This document shows, one piece after another, positions 1 to 9,326 of a stretch of DNA of 45,787 nt (position 1 is the first letter of the stretch; each line of letters begins with the position of its first letter). The notes beneath the pieces are model-generated. The model was given only the letters and a program-made list of their open reading frames with translations. It did no database searches and was not told the origin of the DNA. Made by a program: the position numbers and the translations under genes. Source of the stretch: Patescibacteria group bacterium (lineage in GTDB: Bacteria; Patescibacteriota; Minisyncoccia; Moranbacterales; UBA2206); NCBI GenBank assembly GCA_030837625.1, contig JAUPKF010000006.1, positions 1-45,787 of the forward strand, written 5' to 3'.

Positions 1-1635
1 ATGGTAATGAATCCAGTCATTATAAATGAAAGCAAATGGCTGAATTATTTTTTCAATTTTTTTCACTTTGAATCACCGACCTCGTTCATGGTATTTGCAG
101 GATTTGTTGTTTTGGGTCTTTTGGTGGTCGGCAACTTCGTGTCAGCTTTTGCGACCTGGATAAAAATAAAGTTTGTCTGGCGAAAGAACCACGAACTTTC
201 AAACAGTCTTTTGAGAAAGTATGTTTTCATGCCGTATGCCTACTTTTTAAATCACAATACGGCTAGTCTTAGCAAAAATGTGCTTATGGAAGTGAACCAG
301 CTTACTAGCGGATACATTTTGCCCCTGGTGAACATTTTTACCGGCGGCGTGACGGCTTTTGTTATTCTGACAGTACTTCTTTATGTGAATCTGTTGATGA
401 CTTTAGTGGCAGCTGTCGTTCTGATTTCTATGTATCTTTCTGTCTATCTGTACTTTTCGGAAAGAATAAGGACAGGAGGGGAGTTACGATTGAAAACTAA
501 TAAGGAAAGGTTCAGGCTAGCGGGTGAAGCATTGGGCGGTGTCAAGGATATAAAGATTCTTGGCGTAGAAAAATATTTTTTGGACAGATATTCAAAACAT
601 TCAGGGATTTTTTCTGAGGTTCATTCTCGCAATCAAATTATTGGACAAATTCCTCGGTACATTATGGAAGTAGTGGCCTTTGGAGGGATTGTGGGTCTGA
701 TGATATTCTCGGTTTCTTTAAATATGTCAAATCAAAAAGTTATTCCTCTAGTCAGCTTTTTTGCTTTTGCTGGCTACAGACTGATGCCTGCCCTGCAAGA
801 GCTTTTTAATGCTTTGACAACCATGAGATTCAATAAAGCTGTTTTAGACAAAATCCATAAGGATATACTTGAAAATGGTCGTACAGACGTAGCAAAATTT
901 GTAAATAGAAATAAGATAAGCCCTTTGCCGTTTAAAAAAAATATAAAATTGGATAATGTCTCCTTCTGCTACCCAAACAACGCAAAAAATGTGCTGGATA
1001 ATATCACGATGAGCATCGAAAAGAACACTTTTGTGGCTATAATAGGCACTACTGGAGCCGGAAAAACAACACTAGTTGACCTGATGCTGGGGTTGCTTTC
1101 TCCTAGCGAAGGTTTTTTGAAAGTTGACGAAGCTGAGATAAATGAAGAGAGTGTTAAAAATTGGCAGGCGAATCTCGGATATGTTCCTCAACAGATATTT
1201 CTCACGGATGACACCGTGGCTAGCAATATAGCTTTTGGCGTGCCGGCCAAAGAAATTGATTTGGACAGACTCAAGGAATCTGCTCGTATGGCAAATATAC
1301 ACGACTTTGTTGATAGTGAGTTACCGAATAGATATGATACCGTTATAGGCGAGCGGGGTATAAGACTAAGTGGCGGGCAAAAACAAAGAATTGGAATTGC
1401 CAGGGCTTTGTATCATGATCCTGAGATTTTGCTCTTCGATGAAGCTACCAGTTCTCTTGATAATGCGACAGAAAAAGAAGTTTTGAGGGCAATTGAGAAC
1501 GTAGCTAAAACAAAAACGATGATTGTGATCGCTCACAGACTTACAACCGTCAAGAATTGTGACAAGGTTTATGTCGTAGAAAAAGGAATGATCATTAAAG
1601 AAGGAAGTTATGATGAAATAGTTCGCAAGGTCTAA
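1..1635 (+). CDS. ABC transporter, fused TMD+NBD, PglK/MsbA-like glycan flippase (possibly 5'-truncated by the window edge)
   Basis: N-terminal TM helices; Walker A GTTGAGKT, signature LSGGQKQR, Walker B LLFDE, H-loop IAHRL; located in a glycan locus. Confidence 0.9.
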   Translation: MVMNPVIINESKWLNYFFNFFHFESPTSFMVFAGFVVLGLLVVGNFVSAFATWIKIKFVWRKNHELSNSLLRKYVFMPYAYFLNHNTASLSKNVLMEVNQLTSGYILPLVNIFTGGVTAFVILTVLLYVNLLMTLVAAVVLISMYLSVYLYFSERIRTGGELRLKTNKERFRLAGEALGGVKDIKILGVEKYFLDRYSKHSGIFSEVHSRNQIIGQIPRYIMEVVAFGGIVGLMIFSVSLNMSNQKVIPLVSFFAFAGYRLMPALQELFNALTTMRFNKAVLDKIHKDILENGRTDVAKFVNRNKISPLPFKKNIKLDNVSFCYPNNAKNVLDNITMSIEKNTFVAIIGTTGAGKTTLVDLMLGLLSPSEGFLKVDEAEINEESVKNWQANLGYVPQQIFLTDDTVASNIAFGVPAKEIDLDRLKESARMANIHDFVDSELPNRYDTVIGERGIRLSGGQKQRIGIARALYHDPEILLFDEATSSLDNATEKEVLRAIENVAKTKTMIVIAHRLTTVKNCDKVYVVEKGMIIKEGSYDEIVRKV

Positions 1636-1643
1636 AAAGATAT

Positions 1644-3554
1644 ATGGTCAATCAAAAAAAACTATTGGACAAATTACCCTCCAAAGCGTTTTGTGCTCTT
1701 TTGGTTATACTTGGATTACTATGCGGACTGATAAATGTCTTCCCGCACTTGTCGATAAAAAAAGAGGTTGAACAGCGAGGATATGTATATATGCCTGTGC
1801 AGACAGAGGGAATGCTTACTGACGAAGCGCTTTGGTATGTACCAATGTCCAAAAAGATATACGAGAATCATGGTGCTAACAACGATTTCTTTTTTAAACA
1901 ATATAGAAATTCTTCTACGCCTGTTCCTTTGCTTCCCAATTATATTTACGCGTTCTTCTTCTTATTTTTCCGTGATATTTCTCATATTTTTTTGGCTGGT
2001 ATATTTTTGTTTTCCGGCGTGCTGTTTGTTTTGTTTTATTTTTTGGGAAAAATGTTTTTTCTTAACAGGACAAAAGCATTGTTTTTTGCCAGCTTTGTAA
2101 CCATCGCCAGTGTTCCAATCAGGAACTTCCTCTATGTCTTGACATCTATGTTAAATTCCGGCATCACTCTCATAACATCAGGGAGCTTGGCTTCTTTTAA
2201 GGCCAACATCTCTTATTTCATATCTACATTCAGCGGGTTTGTTTTACCGGTAAGTCGGGATTTGCCCGTTAATCTCTCCCTTATCTCACTGACTGATCCT
2301 CTTATAACTTATTTGATCTATATCCCCGCTATAACCGGGCTCTTGTATTTTTTCAATAAGCTGGATAAAAAATCGGCTGTAATTTCGGGAATATTGATAG
2401 GCTTATCGTTCCAGACCTATTTGTATTATGCGGTTTTGTTGTCTGTGGTGGCTTCGCTGTATTTGGTTTATGCCATATTTAAGCTTGAAAAAAAAGATTT
2501 GTATAAAATACTTCTCCTTAATGGAGTTATATTTCTTTTTTTCCTATTCTATGCTTTCAGTTTATATAATTTTTATTCATTACCCCAAGCTCAAGACGTT
2601 GCCCGCAGAATTGGCGCGGAACACGGCTTCCAATTCCGATGGATAGTATGGAAGGAGTACGTTGTATGCGCCGTGTTTCTTTTTTTGAACTGGCTGATAT
2701 TTAAAAATACCCACCACAAGAAATATCTGTTTTACTTGTTTGTTTTTTTGTCGATGTTTATCTGTTATAACCTGCAGATGATATTCGGGTTTATGCCCCA
2801 CCCCGATCATTGGAGTAGGGCATTTAGTCCCTTGCTATTTATTTTTTTCTTGGATGTAGTATTCAGTTGGCGGTATTTAAATAAAACGCCCCAAATGGCG
2901 TTTGCTTCAGATGTTTTGATCCTGGTATGCACAACATTGATATTTTTTACATCTGTCTCTAACTTCATTCGCTTTAAAGATATAAGTGGGGATAAGATAG
3001 CGGTTGATCTCAATGGATTCTCTTTTGATGGGGGGATTTACCAATCTTATGAATGGATAGATAATCATCCTGGCAATTATATCTCACCTTCCTTTCTAAC
3101 GACTTACTATCTGGTTTTATATACAAAAGCGTCGCCCTATTTGGCGTCTGCCGCCAATAGTCTGGCTGGCAATTATGAACTGGAGCAGAGATTTTTGGAA
3201 ACTTTCAAGGTGTGGAATGTGCCATCTTCGCAATTGGGAGAGATCCTTTCGCCAAAAGATAAAAAGGTGTCGCTTAATAAAGACATATCGCTTAATCTCT
3301 ATACCAACTATTATTCCGACCAGTCATTTAATTATTCTTTGGTGCCAGGATCAGGCAGAGACATACCAGCCGAAAAGGTCGAAGAGTTGTTGAAACGCTA
3401 CGAAGACATCGAAATTGACCCAGATAAGTATAAGGGGTATTATCTGTACTACGGGCCGTTTGAGCGGGATCTGATTGGCGATTTTCTTCCGGGTCAAATG
3501 CCTCTGGAAAAAGTTTACCATAACGAGAAAATTTACATATATAAAATAATATGA
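1644..3554 (+). CDS. Polytopic membrane protein, probable GT-C fold glycosyltransferase
   Basis: 636 aa with many hydrophobic helices; acidic TDEALWY motif after the first TM; soluble C-terminal domain; ATGA-coupled to a GtrB-type GT2. Confidence 0.6.
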   Translation: MVNQKKLLDKLPSKAFCALLVILGLLCGLINVFPHLSIKKEVEQRGYVYMPVQTEGMLTDEALWYVPMSKKIYENHGANNDFFFKQYRNSSTPVPLLPNYIYAFFFLFFRDISHIFLAGIFLFSGVLFVLFYFLGKMFFLNRTKALFFASFVTIASVPIRNFLYVLTSMLNSGITLITSGSLASFKANISYFISTFSGFVLPVSRDLPVNLSLISLTDPLITYLIYIPAITGLLYFFNKLDKKSAVISGILIGLSFQTYLYYAVLLSVVASLYLVYAIFKLEKKDLYKILLLNGVIFLFFLFYAFSLYNFYSLPQAQDVARRIGAEHGFQFRWIVWKEYVVCAVFLFLNWLIFKNTHHKKYLFYLFVFLSMFICYNLQMIFGFMPHPDHWSRAFSPLLFIFFLDVVFSWRYLNKTPQMAFASDVLILVCTTLIFFTSVSNFIRFKDISGDKIAVDLNGFSFDGGIYQSYEWIDNHPGNYISPSFLTTYYLVLYTKASPYLASAANSLAGNYELEQRFLETFKVWNVPSSQLGEILSPKDKKVSLNKDISLNLYTNYYSDQSFNYSLVPGSGRDIPAEKVEELLKRYEDIEIDPDKYKGYYLYYGPFERDLIGDFLPGQMPLEKVYHNEKIYIYKII

Positions 3555-4483
3555 AGCTGTCCGTAATAGTGCCGTGTTATAATGAGGAAAAAGTGTTGCA
3601 TCTTCTGGCTGAGAGGTTGGGGGCGGTCTTTCTGGAATTGAAAGCGGATGATTATGAAATAATTTTGGTGAATGATGGCAGCACGGATAGGACGGAAAGC
3701 ATCATAAAGGAGTTGTCGAAAAATAACGGAAAGTATAAAGCCGTACACCTGTCAAGAAATTTCGGGCATCAGGCTGCGCTCTTGGCCGGTCTTGCCCATT
3801 TCACGGGCGACGCGGCATTCTTGCTTGATGCTGATTTGCAGGATCCTCCCGAATTAATAGGACGTTTCATTGAAAAATATAATGAAGGATACGAAGTTGT
3901 TTACGGGGTAAAGAAAGCCAGAAAAGAAAATTTTTTTAAAAAAGCAACTTACAGACTCTATTATAAAATATTGCGAATGTTGGCCGAAATTGATATACCG
4001 CTGGAAAGCGGCGATTTTTGTCTTTTGAGCAGGCGGGTGGTTTCCGTAATCATTTCTATGCCGGAAAGAAACAAATTTCTGAGAGGGCTGAGAAGCTGGG
4101 TGGGATTCAAACAGTATGCGCTGGAGTATAACCGGGATAAAAGGCGGAGCGGGGCGTCTAAATATACCATAAGGAAGCTATTGAAACTATCAAACGACGG
4201 AATCTTCGGTTTTTCAAAGGTTCCACTCAAAGTTTCTTTTTGGCTGGGGATTTTTATTTGTTTGGGCTGTTTTGGGGCCGCAATCATATTTTTTATCCTT
4301 TACCTTATTTCTGATATCCACAATAAACTTCCCGGCTATACTTCTTTGATACTGTCTATATTATTTTTTGGAGGAATCCAACTTTTTGCACTCGGTCTTA
4401 TCGGAGGATATATAGGAAGGATATACGATACAGTGAGAAATCGGCCGGAATATATTATAAAAGGAAAGGACAATATTGTTTAA
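3551..4483 (+). CDS. GT2 polyprenol-phosphate glycosyltransferase (GtrB/ArnC-like)
   Basis: VIVPCYNEE, NDGSTD, SRNFGHQAA, DADLQDPPE; two C-terminal TM helices. Confidence 0.92.
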   Translation: MKLSVIVPCYNEEKVLHLLAERLGAVFLELKADDYEIILVNDGSTDRTESIIKELSKNNGKYKAVHLSRNFGHQAALLAGLAHFTGDAAFLLDADLQDPPELIGRFIEKYNEGYEVVYGVKKARKENFFKKATYRLYYKILRMLAEIDIPLESGDFCLLSRRVVSVIISMPERNKFLRGLRSWVGFKQYALEYNRDKRRSGASKYTIRKLLKLSNDGIFGFSKVPLKVSFWLGIFICLGCFGAAIIFFILYLISDIHNKLPGYTSLILSILFFGGIQLFALGLIGGYIGRIYDTVRNRPEYIIKGKDNIV

Positions 4484-4493
4484 AAGAGCAGCC

Positions 4494-5213
4494 ATGGAAA
4501 AACATGTTTTTGGATCAACAATTGAAATTGAAGATAAAAATTGGTGGTATAGAAGCAGGCGGAATTTGTTAGGGATGCTTATCAAAAAGCACGCCCCGGA
4601 AAATATAGAAAAAAGTTTGGATATAGGCTGCGGAGTCGGTTCTAATTTCAGCCTTCTCAGGGGAGAAGCATACGGTCTGGATATTGACCAAGAGGCGCTG
4701 GCGTTTTGCAAAACGAAGGGGTATGACTATTTAGTGTATGGAGATATTGCCCATAATAACTTTCAAGATAATTTTTTTGATTTGATACTTTGTTCGGAAG
4801 TTCTTGAGCATATTTTCGATGATAGATCCGCCGTAAAAGAAGTTAAGAGAATCTTGAAGCCGGGAGGAGTCGCTATCCTGACAGTGCCGGCGTTTTCTAT
4901 CTTATGGCATGACAATGATATCATTGGCAACCATCACAGGCGCTACAGAAAAAAACAATTTGCTGGCTTGATTGAAAAAGAGGGTTTGAAAATCGAAAGA
5001 ATATCATATTGGAATTTCTTCTTTTTTCTTCCGGCCTTGCTTGTCGTACTTTTTTCTCGACTGGCCGATAAAAAAGATAAAAAAGACCTGAAGCTTAATA
5101 TGGGACCTCGATTTATGGATTATTTTACTGAGCTTTCTTTTTGGGAAAACAAGTTGTTTTTGAGAGTCAATTGGCCATTTGGCACCAGCATCGTTGCCGT
5201 GGTTAGAAAATAA
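4494..5213 (+). CDS. Class I SAM-dependent methyltransferase
   Basis: LDIGCGVG, SEVLEHI, LKPGG; ATG at 4494 preferred over the track start at 4476. Confidence 0.88.
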   Translation: MEKHVFGSTIEIEDKNWWYRSRRNLLGMLIKKHAPENIEKSLDIGCGVGSNFSLLRGEAYGLDIDQEALAFCKTKGYDYLVYGDIAHNNFQDNFFDLILCSEVLEHIFDDRSAVKEVKRILKPGGVAILTVPAFSILWHDNDIIGNHHRRYRKKQFAGLIEKEGLKIERISYWNFFFFLPALLVVLFSRLADKKDKKDLKLNMGPRFMDYFTELSFWENKLFLRVNWPFGTSIVAVVRK

Positions 5214-5909
5214 ATGAGAAAAATTACGGCGAAACAATTTGTTCGTACCCAATCAACCAGTCTTTGGCGTTATGTTGTTGATGAGGCAATTTGGGGAAGT
5301 CTTTTTTGGGTTCCCACCCTGGTAGGCGTCGGGCTTAGGTATTTTTTTTATGGCTTTCTTTTGAAAAATGACGGTTTTTTTTATGTCGATAATAATGTGC
5401 GGATAAAAATGTTTTCCAATGTGATTCTCGGAAAAAATGCCTATCTTGATTATGGATGTTATTTGCATGCTTGCCCTAGCGGGATAGAAATTGGAGAAAA
5501 TTCGGTCATCATGCACAATAGTGTCATTCATGTTTTCAATTTTGTTGGCCTGCCACATGCATCCATAAAAATCGGGAGAGGCGTATTTATTGGGGAAAAC
5601 TCGGTAATTCGAGGCCAGGGAGGAGTAACAATAGGAAATGATTGTCTTATTTCGCCTAAAGTGTCTATTCTAGCAGTAAACCATTCTTTCGCCAGTGCCG
5701 ATTTGCTTATAAAGGACCAGCCTTTGGATGCTAAGGGGATAATAATAGGAGACGATGTTTGGGTGGGAGGAGGGGCTACCATACTTGATGGAGTGAAGAT
5801 AGGCAGGGGTTCGGTAATAGGTGCGGGGAGCGTTGTGACAAAAGACATCCCTGAGTTTTCAGTCGCAGTAGGAAATCCGGCCAAAGTTGTTAAGAGTAGA
5901 AAAAAATGA
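5214..5909 (+). CDS. Hexapeptide-repeat (LbH) sugar O-/N-acyltransferase
   Basis: IG-x4 hexapeptide repeats, IGAGSVVTKDIP, VGNPAK. Confidence 0.9.
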   Translation: MRKITAKQFVRTQSTSLWRYVVDEAIWGSLFWVPTLVGVGLRYFFYGFLLKNDGFFYVDNNVRIKMFSNVILGKNAYLDYGCYLHACPSGIEIGENSVIMHNSVIHVFNFVGLPHASIKIGRGVFIGENSVIRGQGGVTIGNDCLISPKVSILAVNHSFASADLLIKDQPLDAKGIIIGDDVWVGGGATILDGVKIGRGSVIGAGSVVTKDIPEFSVAVGNPAKVVKSRKK

Positions 5910-6679
5910 GGACGAAAAGTGAAAAGATAAGTCTGATAATGACCGAGGAGCACATACAATCTTGGCAGGATACCAGAGAAAGGTTGCCAGTTTTGAAGCT
6001 CAAAGATAGGATAAAAAATAACCTCTTTTTATATTATTTGTCTAACGTTGTTTTATTTCCAATAAAGCATAACTTTTATTATTCCAAACAACTGTTCAGG
6101 ATTTTGTCTCGCGAAGACATAATACTCAATCTTGGGTCCGGAAATAAGATTATCGATCGTTCAATAATCAATGTTGATCAATTCAAATATGATAATGTTG
6201 ATATTTTGGGAGATATTAACTGTTTACCGATAAAAGATGATTGTGTGGACGGGGTAATTAATGAAGTGACGCTTGAGCATCTGAAAAATCCCCGGAGAGC
6301 CTTGGAAGAAATGAACAGGATTTTGAAGTGCGGTGGGTATTTGTGTTTGTCTGTTCCTTTCTTATTCTACTACCACGAATCGCCCGATGATTATCATCGT
6401 TGGACAAAAAGCGGCATAATCCTATTGCTGAAGGAAAATAATTTTGATATAGTTAAATTTGAGAACCTAGGCGGTCCCGTGGGATCTTTTGTTCTAATAA
6501 CCGCCCAGGTCTTGGCCATCGTTTTTTCGTTCAATATCAAAAGCTTATATCATGCATTTTCATATTTTTTCTTACTAGTATTGTCGCCGCTGTACTTGCT
6601 TGATAATATTTTTTCGAGGTATTCAATGGCTAGCAATGCTTCATCCATATTTTTAATTATTGCTAAAAAAATTGGGTAG
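5906..6679 (+). CDS. Class I SAM-dependent methyltransferase (type 11-like)
   Basis: LNLGSG, TLEHL, RILKCGG, HESPDDYHRWT; ATGA overlap with the upstream gene. Confidence 0.82.
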   Translation: MRTKSEKISLIMTEEHIQSWQDTRERLPVLKLKDRIKNNLFLYYLSNVVLFPIKHNFYYSKQLFRILSREDIILNLGSGNKIIDRSIINVDQFKYDNVDILGDINCLPIKDDCVDGVINEVTLEHLKNPRRALEEMNRILKCGGYLCLSVPFLFYYHESPDDYHRWTKSGIILLLKENNFDIVKFENLGGPVGSFVLITAQVLAIVFSFNIKSLYHAFSYFFLLVLSPLYLLDNIFSRYSMASNASSIFLIIAKKIG

Positions 6680-6716
6680 CTTCTTGGAAATAAAAATTAC
6701 TTAACCAGCCAATAAA

Positions 6717-7676
6717 ATGAAGATACTAAATACGATCGGTTCGATATACACCGAAGAGGCGAAGGAATTATTAAAAGGAATAGGCGACGCGGATTATCTG
6801 GACTTGGAAAACCAAGAGCAGCTTAAGGAGATAGTTGGCAATTATGAGATTGCGGTCATCGGGCTTGGATTGAACTATGATAAAGAAGTAATCGACGCGG
6901 GAAGAAAGCTCAAGATAATTGCCACTGCTTCGACCGGAACGGACCATATCGACCTGAATTATGCCCGAAAAAATGGGGTTACAGTGTTAAGTCTGAAAAA
7001 CGATCGAAAATTTTTGGACAGTATAACCGGTACGGCGGAGCTGGCTTTTCTCTTGACCCTGGCACTTATGAGAAACTTTTTGCCAGCTACAAAGTCGACT
7101 CTTGGTTATTGTTGGGCGGATAAATTCAGGGGCCATAATCTATATAAAAAAACTTTGGGAATTGTGGGGCTCGGGAGACTCGGGACAATGATGGCGCGGT
7201 ATGGGAACGCTTTTGGGATGAAAGTCATTGCCTGCGATCCTTATCTGGAAGATAAAGTTTTTTCAAAGACTAATTGTAAAAAAGTTGATTTTGATGTTCT
7301 CTTGAAATCAAGCGACATTATATCCATACACGTTCATCTAAGCGAAGAAACGAAAAACATGTTTGACAGTAGAGCTTTTGAGCTTATGAAAAAAGAGGCG
7401 ATTATCGTCAATACCTCAAGGGGAAAAATTGTCAACGAAAAAGATATCCTTGATGCTCTTAAGAAAAATAAAATCGCGGGATACGCGACGGATGTTTTGT
7501 CGGATGAGTTGAACTTCAACCAGAAGTTTGAAAATAACGCTCTTATAAAATACGCAAAGCGCAACAGCAATGTTATAGTTACTCCACATGTCGGAGGAGT
7601 GACATTCGAGTCTAGGGAGGCGACAGATATCTTTATCGCCAAAAAAGTCATTAAAGAGTTAAATAAATCAAAATGA
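6717..7676 (+). CDS. D-isomer-specific 2-hydroxyacid dehydrogenase (PGDH-like, no ACT domain)
   Basis: GLGRLG Rossmann motif, NTSRG (Arg), DVLSDE (Glu), TPHVGG (His). Confidence 0.9.
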   Translation: MKILNTIGSIYTEEAKELLKGIGDADYLDLENQEQLKEIVGNYEIAVIGLGLNYDKEVIDAGRKLKIIATASTGTDHIDLNYARKNGVTVLSLKNDRKFLDSITGTAELAFLLTLALMRNFLPATKSTLGYCWADKFRGHNLYKKTLGIVGLGRLGTMMARYGNAFGMKVIACDPYLEDKVFSKTNCKKVDFDVLLKSSDIISIHVHLSEETKNMFDSRAFELMKKEAIIVNTSRGKIVNEKDILDALKKNKIAGYATDVLSDELNFNQKFENNALIKYAKRNSNVIVTPHVGGVTFESREATDIFIAKKVIKELNKSK

Positions 7677-8503
7677 TGATGAATATCAAGCAAGTCGCTT
7701 TGCTCAACAAGGAAGGCGAAATTATTGAAAGTTTCGGTAAAGGAAAGAAAAAATATCAATCCTCCTCTGTCCTCCCGGTGGTTATTGACTATTATCTTTG
7801 GGACAGCGAGAAACAGCATGATAGCGCCGAGAAATATAAAGATCAAATCAAGCGGGTTTTTTATCAGGAGAAAGTGGAACCAAAAATTAAAAATATGCTT
7901 CAAGATGATATCCAAAGATTAGAATTGGCGCAGAAATTTTCTTATGGAGAAAAAGTTTTGGAAACAGGATGCAGTGATGGAAGCGTAAGTATTAAAATCG
8001 CCCAGTTGCCAAAAGTTAAAAGAGTAGTGGGTATTGATATTCGTCCTTCCGCTATTAAGGATGGAAAATTGTTAATAAAAGATTTAGTCAGAAAGAAAGA
8101 AATAAGTTCCGAAACGGCTAAAAAAGTTTTTTTGCTAAACTATGCCAATGAAAACTTTCCCAGTCGTTATGGACAGTTTGATTCGGTTTGCGCTTATGAA
8201 ATTTTTGAGCATTTGTCCCCGCAGGATCTCCTGCCGATTTTCCAGAGCACGTATAAGTTTTTGAAAAAAAACGGAAATTTTTTTGTCAGTGTTCCCAACC
8301 GTTTTCCCGACAAAAAATATGACAAACTTGGGAGATCAAGATGGAAATGGTTTGATCACCGCAATTTTTTCAGCCAGTTAAGTCTAGAGATGTTTTTAAA
8401 GAAATTTTTTAAACAAGTCAAGTTTCACTCCCTTTATCCGGGAGAAAAAATTGAAGACGGGATATATCTAATTTGTGAGTGCAAGGGAAAATTATATGAC
8501 TAA
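7673..8503 (+). CDS. Class I SAM-dependent methyltransferase with an N-terminal extension
   Basis: VLETGCSDG, GIDI, EIFEHL, SVPN; overlaps both neighbours. Confidence 0.8.
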   Translation: MMMNIKQVALLNKEGEIIESFGKGKKKYQSSSVLPVVIDYYLWDSEKQHDSAEKYKDQIKRVFYQEKVEPKIKNMLQDDIQRLELAQKFSYGEKVLETGCSDGSVSIKIAQLPKVKRVVGIDIRPSAIKDGKLLIKDLVRKKEISSETAKKVFLLNYANENFPSRYGQFDSVCAYEIFEHLSPQDLLPIFQSTYKFLKKNGNFFVSVPNRFPDKKYDKLGRSRWKWFDHRNFFSQLSLEMFLKKFFKQVKFHSLYPGEKIEDGIYLICECKGKLYD

Positions 8504-9326
8504 AATAATTGCGGAAATTGCTTCGTGTCACAATGGAGATATTGAGCTGGCGAAAAAAATGGTTCAGGAGGCGGCTAAGACGGGGGTGGATATTGTCAAG
8601 TTCCAATCATGGCAAAGCAAAAATGTTGATGATAAGGATCCTGATAAGAAAAGGTATGCGTCTTTGGAACTTTCCGACGACGCGCATTATATCCTGAAAG
8701 AAGAATGTAAAAAAAACGGCGTTGAGTTTTTGACAACTTGTTATGATGGAAACAGGGTAGGTTTCTTAAAAAAACTGGGGCTTAAAAAAATAAAAGTTGC
8801 CAGTACTGATCTCAAGCATTTTGACTTTCTCAAGAAGTTGAGGGATAATTTCGAAGAAGTCATTGTTTCGACCGGCATGTCGACTGAAGGTGAAATGAAA
8901 AAGGCAGCGGACATCCTGAAAACAGGAAGGTTTACCATTATGCATTGTGTTTCGGTTTATCCATGTCCTTTGGAAAAAGCCAACCTTAAAAAGCTTTTAT
9001 GGCTCAAAACAATAGCCGGATCCGTTGGTTACTCCGACCATGTTCAGGGCGTAGAGGCGGCTGTATTTTCATTGGGTATGGGAGTGGATTACATTGAAAA
9101 GCATTTCACGCTTGATCGGAACATGCCGCAGATAGCCCATACCACTGGGGAGGGGTTAAGGCCGATTACCACGCATACTATCGCTGACGAACCGGAAGTG
9201 TTTCGAGAATTATGCCGATGGAGGGATAAATATGAAATAGCTTTGGGGTCCGGTAGCCTTGAGCTTTTGCCGGAGGAAAGATTAACTCGAGAGAAATATA
9301 CGGGAAGATTAGGGAGGAATAATTGA
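8496..9326 (+). CDS. neuB: NeuB-family nonulosonate synthase, short form without the SAF/antifreeze-like domain
   Basis: IAEIASCHNGD, VKFQ, KVAS, STGM, HCVSVYP, GYSDH, IEKHFTL; 276 aa from ATG 8496. Confidence 0.9.
   Translation: MTKIIAEIASCHNGDIELAKKMVQEAAKTGVDIVKFQSWQSKNVDDKDPDKKRYASLELSDDAHYILKEECKKNGVEFLTTCYDGNRVGFLKKLGLKKIKVASTDLKHFDFLKKLRDNFEEVIVSTGMSTEGEMKKAADILKTGRFTIMHCVSVYPCPLEKANLKKLLWLKTIAGSVGYSDHVQGVEAAVFSLGMGVDYIEKHFTLDRNMPQIAHTTGEGLRPITTHTIADEPEVFRELCRWRDKYEIALGSGSLELLPEERLTREKYTGRLGRNN

Noticed and set aside
6717-7676. Calling this gene serA
   Set aside because: No ACT domain and a glycan-locus context; substrate unknown
7334-7915. 193-aa minus-strand ORF and the many other short nested ORFs in the track
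   Set aside because: They overlap well-supported genes on the other strand or frame and have no motifs or RBS
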